Shown here: in pieces, positions 10,255-16,941 of the stretch
How the letters are laid out: each line of letters opens with the position of its first letter
How positions within the stretch are numbered: the stretch's first letter is position 1
Source of the DNA: an uncultured Lentisphaeria bacterium
Lineage (GTDB): Bacteria > Verrucomicrobiota > Lentisphaeria > Victivallales > UBA1829
Assembly (NCBI GenBank): GCA_949287225.1
Contig: CASEFP010000033.1
Location: 9,689 to 73,688, forward strand
Length of the DNA stretch: 64,000 bases
Direction of reading: 5' to 3'
Position numbers and translations under genes: made by a program
Notes under the pieces: model-generated
The model's database searches: none
What the model saw: the letters and a program-made list of their open reading frames with translations, nothing else
What the model was told of the DNA's origin: nothing

Positions 10255-11058
10255 TTAATCAGCCGCCGGATTCCATACCGGACCGTCCCATACGGCTGTT
10301 CCGTATTTGTTGCATGGAAATTTATCCCATTGCAATTTGACGACGTGAAGATCGGCATAAAGAAAGTTGGCTCCTCCCGTGTGCCGGGCCGGAACATTTT
10401 TCCGGGTTTTCGTATCCTCGCTGATATCAGGATGCCAGCGGCAATTATAATTGACTTCGCCAGTTCCGCAGCTGTCGGACATGTAAACCAATACCGACGG
10501 ATAGCGGATCCGGTGACTCCGCACCGGCTTATTCTGATCCGGATTCCGGATTTTATCATTTACCGCAAGCGAAAAAAAAGTGCCAACGTCGTAATTGCGA
10601 TTGGCCAGTTTCCCCGTCATCTCGATCGTGAGGTTGTCCTGAGATGTTGCCGGACAGGTGAACGGACCAATGCTCTGAGTTTTGTTGTTCTTATAATAAC
10701 CGCCTAAATAGACATTGCCATGATTGGAATACTTGCCCCAGTTCAAATATGCACTCAGCGGGCCGGACACCCGCCAGAACCAATAAGCTGTTGAGATCTT
10801 GACAGCCCCGGTGGACGTCGTGTAGTATGTCGGGGGAAAGCAGTCATAATAATCGGAAAGATAGCTTGCGGTAATTCTGCCGATCTGGGAAAAATTGTTG
10901 GTGCAGGCGATATTGCGCGCACTCTCCCTTGCCTGTTTCAGCGTGGGAAGAAGCAGGCTTGCAAGAATCGCGATGATTGCAATTACAATCAATAACTCAA
11001 TCAATGTGAAATAATTACAGTAAAACTGCTTTTTCCGGCTTTTCGCTGCTGTTTTCAT
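10255..11058 (-). CDS. Prepilin-type N-terminal cleavage/methylation domain protein (DUF1559-type pseudopilin-like)
   Basis: '[31 protein letters not shown]'. The C-terminal '[14 protein letters not shown]' is a variant of H-X9-DG. It is the first gene of the 10255-3975 minus-strand operon. Confidence 0.9.
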   Translation of the reverse strand: MKTAAKSRKKQFYCNYFTLIELLIVIAIIAILASLLLPTLKQARESARNIACTNNFSQIGRITASYLSDYYDCFPPTYYTTSTGAVKISTAYWFWRVSGPLSAYLNWGKYSNHGNVYLGGYYKNNKTQSIGPFTCPATSQDNLTIEMTGKLANRNYDVGTFFSLAVNDKIRNPDQNKPVRSHRIRYPSVLVYMSDSCGTGEVNYNCRWHPDISEDTKTRKNVPARHTGGANFLYADLHVVKLQWDKFPCNKYGTAVWDGPVWNPAAD

Positions 11059-11067
11059 CTTCTTTCC

Positions 11068-11307
11068 TTATTGTTTGAATTGATCAACTGGAAAATACTC
11101 TTGATTGATTCGCGGTGCGGCAGCGCTGTCAGCTCCCGCCGCAGTAAAATACGGAATCCGGATCTGCGGTGCAGGAACTTCCTCCTTCAGTCCAGGAGGA
11201 ATCAGGCTTGCAGGAATCGCGATGACAGTAATAACGATGAATAGCTCAATCAACGTAAAATGTTTGCAGAAAACCTGTTTTTCCAGGCTTTTCGCTGCTG
11301 CTTTCAC
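11068..11307 (-). pseudogene. Chimeric remnant: pseudopilin 5' end fused to a copy of the regulator 3' end
   Basis: 79-aa ORF with a GTG start. Residues 1-42 ('KHFTLIELFIVITVIAIPASLIPPGLKE') parallel the N-terminus of the 10255-11058 protein. Residues 45-68 ('PAPQIRIPYFTAAGADSAAAPRINQ') parallel the C-terminus of the 11339-12406 regulator ('PAPSIQVPCFTVAGLTTGAAPRINQ'). Confidence 0.6.
11102..11176. repeat. Diverged direct repeat, copy 1 (copy of the regulator 3' end)
   Basis: The first 21 nt, 'tgattgattcgcggtgcggca', are identical to 11349-11369. Over the remaining 54 nt roughly four in five positions match by eye. Homology continues through the 5' UTR and pseudopilin 5' end (about 10925-11100 versus 11181-11338). 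Confidence 0.8.
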
Positions 11308-11338
11308 CTTCTTTCTCCTTATTTGAATTTATCGTTTG

Positions 11339-12406
11339 TCAAGTAACCTGATTGATTCGCGGTGCGGCACCGGTAGTCAGCCCCGCCACAGTAAAACACG
11401 GAACCTGGATCGACGGTGCTGGATCTGTCCGGAAATTGTGCTGCGCAACCAGACGCGCAGCTTCAAATCCCATCTCCTGAGTTGGTATGTAAATCCGCGT
11501 TGCCCTTGCGGCGGGAGTAATCCCGTCGGGTGTAAACTCAACCCAGGAAGGCGTCTCCGGAATTTTTCCCTCAAGAGTTTTGAGTGTCATGAGAAACATT
11601 TCCAGCAATGGCGTAATTACAATATAAGCGGTAATTTGGGGGTGCCTGAGGATAAATTCAGCCAGAGCCGCATCCGACGAAGCATCCGTTTTGAAGATAT
11701 CCCTGTTCATTTTATATTCTTCAGCCGCCATTCGAAATGCCGCCTGCCGCGCCAATGCCCATTCCTGAACGCCTGACCGTTCAATGAACGCCACACTCCG
11801 ATGCCCTGCGGCGGCAAGCAGATTAAACAATGTCCGCCACGCAGGAAGGCTGTCGTAGCTGACTGATCCCGTTCCCTGAATATGCGAATCCACGACCACC
11901 TGCGGTATTCGCGATTTGCTCAAAGCAGTAATCGCCGGCGGCAACATTTCTGAAAGTGCACACCAGATAAAAGCGTCCGCAAGAAAATTATGGTACATTT
12001 CCTGGAGTGCCGCCCCGGTTTCATCATGCGAACCTATGGTGATTTCCAGTCCTTCCTCCAGTGCGAATTTATTGACTCCCGCAGCAATTTCCCCCACAAA
12101 ATTTCCCGCGATTCTTCCTTCGGGTAACAGCAGATGAATCTTTCCGGTTACACGCTCCATCCGGGAGCGTTCGCTGGCGGGAATTACAAAATTCCCCTGT
12201 CCCTTGCGCTTGCGGATATAGTTCTGCGTCCGCAGATTTTCCAGTGCCTTACGCATTGTTTTCCGACTCACTCCGTAAGCGGAACTTAAAGCGATTTCGC
12301 CGGGAAGCGCTTCTCCCTCCGGAAGCATACCGCTGATGATCCGGTTTCGCAGATCGTTTTCAATCCGGCTGTAGCGAGTGTTGTTTATCATCCATCGTGC
12401 AAGCAT
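11339..12406 (-). CDS. GntR-type HTH regulator with periplasmic-binding-protein (LacI-type sugar-binding) effector domain
   Basis: 355 aa. N-terminal GntR wHTH 'LPGEIALSSAYGVSRKTMRKALENLRTQNYIRKRKGQGNFV', followed by a roughly 270-aa PBP-type domain. Same strand as, and directly upstream of, the pseudopilin-led operon. Confidence 0.8.
   Translation of the reverse strand: MLARWMINNTRYSRIENDLRNRIISGMLPEGEALPGEIALSSAYGVSRKTMRKALENLRTQNYIRKRKGQGNFVIPASERSRMERVTGKIHLLLPEGRIAGNFVGEIAAGVNKFALEEGLEITIGSHDETGAALQEMYHNFLADAFIWCALSEMLPPAITALSKSRIPQVVVDSHIQGTGSVSYDSLPAWRTLFNLLAAAGHRSVAFIERSGVQEWALARQAAFRMAAEEYKMNRDIFKTDASSDAALAEFILRHPQITAYIVITPLLEMFLMTLKTLEGKIPETPSWVEFTPDGITPAARATRIYIPTQEMGFEAARLVAQHNFRTDPAPSIQVPCFTVAGLTTGAAPRINQVT
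11349..11423. repeat. Diverged direct repeat, copy 2 (authentic 3' end of the regulator gene)
   Basis: Partner of 11102-11176; see that entry. Confidence 0.8.
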
Positions 12407-12645
12407 TGATTCCTGTCCCCTCTTGTCTATATTATAAATATTTTTTCCGTATTTTCAAGAGCTTTTGGAAAAAAATGCAGAGATTTTTTCTCCCTGGAGA
12501 GCTTTGTATTTCTTCTGGTTTCCCGTCATCATCATTAGCGCATTATCCGCTCTCTTTTCTTCTTATTCTGCTGTTTTTTCCCCTTTCTCATCTGCATTTT
12601 TCAGGAAAATCAGTTCTGTTTTTCAGAAAAACCCTTTATTTTTTC

Positions 12646-12675
12646 TTGAAAAATGAGGTTTCCGGATGATATATT
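12646..12675 (+). promoter_or_regulatory. Candidate sigma-70-type promoter
   Basis: TTGAAA (12646-12651), 18-nt spacer, TATATT (12670-12675). It lies in a 320-bp T-rich intergenic region, about 55 nt upstream of the ATG at 12729. It is not known whether this taxon uses this consensus. Confidence 0.3.
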
Positions 12676-12728
12676 GATCCTCAGTCAGATCGTTCAAAGA
12701 AATGCAACCCTCAGAAAAGGAGTCAGTC

Positions 12729-13556
12729 ATGCAGAAAATCACTCTGTGCAAATGGATGGCCGCGTTTTTTTCGGCGGCGGTCGGAACGGGAATGCTTTCC
12801 GGAGCGGAAGTCATGAAAATCGAATCCGCCTCTAATTTCACCACTTCCAGAAAAGTGGTGGAAAATGCCGCGGAAAAATCGTTTGCCGTTACCGGTGCGT
12901 ATGCTACCATCACCAGCAAGCCGTTCCAGATTGATCCATCCAAAAAATACCGTCTTTCCGGCAAATTCCGCGCCGCTCCCGGAACGGAGCCTCAGCCGCT
13001 GTACTTCGGCTTTATTCCGCTGGACGGAAACGGAAAACAGATTCTGGCAATTCATGTCAATCTCATGAAAAAAGGAACGGAAAGCGAACTTGCCGCGCCG
13101 CTTGCGAAGGGCGATAAGGTCGCAAAGGTCAAGGATGCCTCGAAATGGAATGGCGCAACTCCGTGGGGGTATATCGCCTTCAATGTAAAGGAGGATGGTT
13201 CGGATCTGCCCAATTCCGATCTTCTGCCGATTGTCGAAAAGAAAATTGAAAAGAAGGGGGATGTCTGGGAAGTCACTTTGAAGAATCCCGCGGCAAAAGA
13301 TTATCCCGCCGGGACAAAGGTCCGTCAGCACCGGTCCGGAGCCACCTATCTTTATACCGCAGCGGGAAATAAGCCTGTTTCGGCAGACTGGAAGGAATTT
13401 TCCGGAAAAGTGGTTGGATTTTCCGAGAACGGAACCCCGTCCTACCGCTGGTGGAAAGGGACGAAGCAGGCAAAAATCCTGATGATTCTCAACTACAAGA
13501 CCAAGTCCACCGGAACAACGGAGTTCAAAGATATCCTCGTCGAAACCATCGACTGA
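12729..13556 (+). CDS. Secreted jelly-roll (CBM-like) protein of unknown function, family copy A
   Basis: 275 aa from 'MQKITLCKWMAAFFSAAVGTGMLSGA' (signal peptide), with AAGGAG 7 nt upstream. It is a paralogue of 27769-28566, sharing the blocks 'K.Y.L.G.F.AA', 'LYFGF', 'DLPN', 'WEVTL', 'PAGT..RQH' and a final strand 'TEFKDILVE'. Confidence 0.8.
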   Translation: MQKITLCKWMAAFFSAAVGTGMLSGAEVMKIESASNFTTSRKVVENAAEKSFAVTGAYATITSKPFQIDPSKKYRLSGKFRAAPGTEPQPLYFGFIPLDGNGKQILAIHVNLMKKGTESELAAPLAKGDKVAKVKDASKWNGATPWGYIAFNVKEDGSDLPNSDLLPIVEKKIEKKGDVWEVTLKNPAAKDYPAGTKVRQHRSGATYLYTAAGNKPVSADWKEFSGKVVGFSENGTPSYRWWKGTKQAKILMILNYKTKSTGTTEFKDILVETID

Positions 13557-13663
13557 TGTTCCTCGTCGCGGCATCCGGGAACAGGAGCACGCCCTTGTCC
13601 TGTCCGGCTGCCGTTGTGGAAATTTCCGCTCGGCGTCCGCGTGAAGAAACGCCGGGCGGGGGA

Positions 13664-13693
13664 GCGTCTCCATGCCGGAGGCGCCTTTTTTTT
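13664..13693 (+). terminator. Intrinsic terminator
   Basis: Stem GCGTCTCC/GGAGGCGC (one G-T wobble), loop ATGCC, followed by C plus T8 (13686-13693). Confidence 0.6.
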
Positions 13694-13699
13694 GCCGGG

Positions 13700-14821
13700 T
13701 TAGTGAGTGTGCCGGTGGTGAATATCCGGCGTATGGCCGTGCATATGGACGCAGGGTTCGTGAACGTGCTCATGGGTATGCCAGCCCCGCACCGGCGGAT
13801 TGTGCACGTGGTTGTGATGAAGATCGTCGTGCAGATGGGCATGGTTGTGCTCCAGACGCTCATGTCTGTGGCAGTGGATGTGCTTTTCCCTTACCGCGAG
13901 GACTACTCCCCACACCATCAGCGCGGCGGCAAACAGGAAGTTCCATGACGGCAGCTCATGCAGAATCGCGACGGAGAGCAATACTCCCAGAAAAGGTGCC
14001 GCCGCATAATAGGCGCTTGTCCGGGAGGCGCCCAGATACCGCTGCGCCTTGACGTAGCAGAAAATGCTCAGACCGTAGGCGACAAATCCCAGCAGAAGCG
14101 TCAGCGCGGCCGCCGGCAGCGAGTGCGGGAACGGATCGTCCGACAATAACGCCAGAAGCAGCGCCGTCCCGCCGGAACCGAACCCTTTCACGATGACGAT
14201 CTGCGCGGGCGACTTTTCCGACATGTTCCGCGTGCAGTTGTTTTCCAGTCCCCAGCAGGCGCATGCCGCGAGAACCAGCAGCGACCCTGTGGAAAAGTGC
14301 CATGTCCCCGCGTCGGAGACGTTCAGGCTCAGAAGGATGCTCGCCGCCGTGATGATTCCGAGCGAGCACCACATGCGTTTCCCTACCGCCTCGTGGAAAA
14401 AGACGAGCGCGATCAGGGAGGTTGCCACCATCTCGAAGTTGAACAGAAGCGAGGCGTTTGCGGCGCTTGTCAGGCGCAGGCCCCACATCAGGAGAAACGG
14501 CGCGGTCACATCCAGCAGAATCATGGCGACGGTCCATGGCAGTTCCCGGCGCGACAGCGGAGCCTCCTCTTTTCCCTCGCGCGTCAGGGGGGGAAGGAAA
14601 AACATTCCGATGCCCGCGCCCAGATAGAGAAACGCCACCATGTACATCGGGGAGATTTCCGAAAGCAGCAGTTTCGAGAGCGGCGCATTCAATCCGAACA
14701 AAAGTGCCGCCAGCAGCGCCAGAATGACCGGCATGCGGCGGTTCATTGCCGTGTTCCATCCATGGAATTCCATATTCTGCCCTTTTTTCTGTTGTTCCTG
14801 CTGCCAGGCAGCCTTCCGCAA
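13700..14821 (-). CDS. EamA/DMT-family transporter with a C-terminal histidine-rich tail
   Basis: About 10 predicted TM helices of typical EamA style ('LALLAALLFGLNAPLSKLLL...'). The last 60 residues contain 23 His ('HIHCHRHERLEHNHAHLHDDLHHNHVHNPP...HMHGHTPDIHHRHTH'). The start is uncertain (Met at 14821, 14773 or 14746). Confidence 0.8.
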   Translation of the reverse strand: MRKAAWQQEQQKKGQNMEFHGWNTAMNRRMPVILALLAALLFGLNAPLSKLLLSEISPMYMVAFLYLGAGIGMFFLPPLTREGKEEAPLSRRELPWTVAMILLDVTAPFLLMWGLRLTSAANASLLFNFEMVATSLIALVFFHEAVGKRMWCSLGIITAASILLSLNVSDAGTWHFSTGSLLVLAACACWGLENNCTRNMSEKSPAQIVIVKGFGSGGTALLLALLSDDPFPHSLPAAALTLLLGFVAYGLSIFCYVKAQRYLGASRTSAYYAAAPFLGVLLSVAILHELPSWNFLFAAALMVWGVVLAVREKHIHCHRHERLEHNHAHLHDDLHHNHVHNPPVRGWHTHEHVHEPCVHMHGHTPDIHHRHTH

Positions 14822-14825
14822 TGCG

Positions 14826-15995
14826 TCAGACGAAGCTGTGCGTGATCTGGATCAGTGTCTCCACCCGTGCGTCATGTTCACGGAGCTGCGTGGTGATTCT
14901 GCCGATCAGCTCCCCGTTGCCGAGAAAGAATTTGCGCGGAACGAGGAGCTGGAAGTTCAGGAGAATCCGTTCCTGCGACTGTTCCAGGCGGAAATCGTAC
15001 AGTTTCAGTTCGGGATCCAGTTCGCCGATCAGATCCTCGGCGAGCGTGCGCCAGCGTTTCAGTTCGGGATCCTGGCTGGAAAACGGGTCGCAGTGCAGCA
15101 GAAGGCGCACGGGCATGTGGCGGGCGATTTCGACCTCGGCGGCCTCCAGCGCGTCGTGGATCTGAACCATGTCGCTTTTTTTCGGATTGATTTCGGCGTG
15201 CGCGGTGGCGAAATAGCGGTCCGGCCCGTAGCTGTGGACGATGATGTCATGGACGCCGCAGATGTCTTTGCAGCGGAGGAGACGCTCGCGAATTTCCGTC
15301 ACGAGCTTCCGGTCGGGACACTCTCCGAGCAGCGGATTGATGATTTCGCGCACCACCTTTGCCCCGCCGAAAATGATGAACAGCGCGACAAGGAGTCCGG
15401 CAATCCCGTCCACGGGAAAGGTCGTATAGTGGGAAATGACCAGCGAGAGAATCACAAGCGAGGTTGTCAGGATGTCGCTCAGGCTGTCGAACGCGACCGC
15501 GTGGATCGTTTTCGAGGCGATTTTCCGCGCGACCTTCCGGTAGACGAAAAACATCCAGAGTTTGACAGGAAGCGTCGCAAGCAGAAACACGAGCGCAAGC
15601 GTTGTCATTTCGATCCGCGACGGATGGATCAGGCGCTCGAAGGAGAGTTTCAGGAAATCGAGGCCTACCGCGATGATGATGACCGCGACAATCAGCCCCG
15701 CGACATATTCGAGCCGTCCGTGGCCGAACGGATGTTCGTCGTCGGCGGGCTTGTCGGCGAATTTGAACCCGAACAGCGTGATTACCGCCGAGCCCGCGTC
15801 GGAGAGGTTGTTCACCGCGTCCGCGCTGACCGCGATACTTCCGGTCAGGATGCCGACCGTGACCTTGACGCCGCACAGCACGAGATTGGTCAGGATCCCG
15901 TACCACCCGCAGAAGATTCCATAGGCGGTTCTCCCCTGCGACGACGTCACATCGCCGGGATTCCGCAGAAAAAGACGGATCAGCAGTTCGTTCAT
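14826..15995 (-). CDS. Cation diffusion facilitator (CDF) family metal efflux transporter
   Basis: 389 aa from 'MNELLIRLF'. Motifs: 'GSIAVSADAVNNLSDAGSAVITL' and 'DDEHPFGHGRLEY'. Six TM helices plus a C-terminal cytoplasmic domain. Confidence 0.85.
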   Translation of the reverse strand: MNELLIRLFLRNPGDVTSSQGRTAYGIFCGWYGILTNLVLCGVKVTVGILTGSIAVSADAVNNLSDAGSAVITLFGFKFADKPADDEHPFGHGRLEYVAGLIVAVIIIAVGLDFLKLSFERLIHPSRIEMTTLALVFLLATLPVKLWMFFVYRKVARKIASKTIHAVAFDSLSDILTTSLVILSLVISHYTTFPVDGIAGLLVALFIIFGGAKVVREIINPLLGECPDRKLVTEIRERLLRCKDICGVHDIIVHSYGPDRYFATAHAEINPKKSDMVQIHDALEAAEVEIARHMPVRLLLHCDPFSSQDPELKRWRTLAEDLIGELDPELKLYDFRLEQSQERILLNFQLLVPRKFFLGNGELIGRITTQLREHDARVETLIQITHSFV

Positions 15996-16191
15996 GATTT
16001 CCCTCTGTTGTCTCAAACCGGAAACTATACAGGGAATATGATGGATTGCAAATGTTTTTCCGCAATCTTTTCTCTTTTCTGCTGCTGCGGCGGATTTTTT
16101 TCTGAAAATAACAGATCGCGCATTTGCTTTTATTTTATATCGTGTTATTTTTAAAACAGAATATAAAATTTTAATTTCATATTGTGAAATT

Positions 16192-16905
16192 ATGACAAAA
16201 TCGCTTCACAAGACGTTTGACATTCTGGAGTATGTGGTTCTGCAGTGCGGTCGGAGCATCACGCCGGGAGAAGTCGCCGCGTATGCGAAATTGAACGCGG
16301 CGACCTGCACAAGGATCATGGGCGAACTGGTCGGGCGCGGATATCTGGACAAGGTTTCCCGGAAGGCGGGCTATGTTCCGGGGCCGATGGTGGTTTCGCT
16401 CGGGACGCGCGACAACAGCTTTCGCCGCCTCGCCGCCGCGGCGAACGAGCCTGTCCGCGCGCTTGCCGAACGCATTCGCATGACCGTGAATCTGGCGGTG
16501 ATGCACCGCGGGGAGCGGATCATGCTCTGTTTTCACTCCGCGCGGGCGAACTGGACCCCGTGGAAGCGTTTTACTTTCGGGGACGATCACGCTTCGGCCG
16601 CGACCGGCTGGCTTCTGCTTGCCGCGATGGACGGGGAGGAGGCAATGCGGATCATTCGGGAGAAACATCTTCCGATTACGCGGCGCGATCTGGCGCTTGT
16701 TTCCCGGCGCGGGTTTGTCGATTTTGTTTCATCGGAGGATTCCATCCGGGTGATGGGGCATCTGATCCGGGTGGATGGTTATCCGCCTGCCGCGATCGGG
16801 TTCGGCATTCGGAAGGGGGATGATCCCGCTGAAATCCTGAAACTTTCGGAGGAGACCGCGCAGAGGATCCGCTCCAATCTGACGCGGGAGGAACGGACCT
16901 ATTGA
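16192..16905 (+). CDS. IclR-family transcriptional regulator
   Basis: 237 aa. N-terminal wHTH 'FDILEYVVLQCGRSITPGEVAAYAKLNAATCTRIMGELVGRGYLDKV' plus a C-terminal effector domain. Confidence 0.8.
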   Translation: MTKSLHKTFDILEYVVLQCGRSITPGEVAAYAKLNAATCTRIMGELVGRGYLDKVSRKAGYVPGPMVVSLGTRDNSFRRLAAAANEPVRALAERIRMTVNLAVMHRGERIMLCFHSARANWTPWKRFTFGDDHASAATGWLLLAAMDGEEAMRIIREKHLPITRRDLALVSRRGFVDFVSSEDSIRVMGHLIRVDGYPPAAIGFGIRKGDDPAEILKLSEETAQRIRSNLTREERTY

Positions 16906-16941
16906 AATTCTGAAAATTACATATGGAAAAAAGGACGGAAA

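Noticed and set aside
12465-12656. 63-aa Phe/Ser-rich hydrophobic ORF (TTG start) in the T-rich region upstream of 12729.
   Set aside because: Its composition simply mirrors the T-rich promoter DNA. It has a non-ATG start, no RBS, and overlaps the predicted promoter. Ribo-seq would be needed to revive it.
14640-16154. 504-aa plus-strand ORF overlapping the CDF transporter gene.
   Set aside because: It is antisense to a gene with clear CDF motifs. Its translation is Arg/Asp/Glu/Gly-rich low complexity with no recognisable domain. This is a typical stop-poor shadow frame in GC-rich coding DNA.
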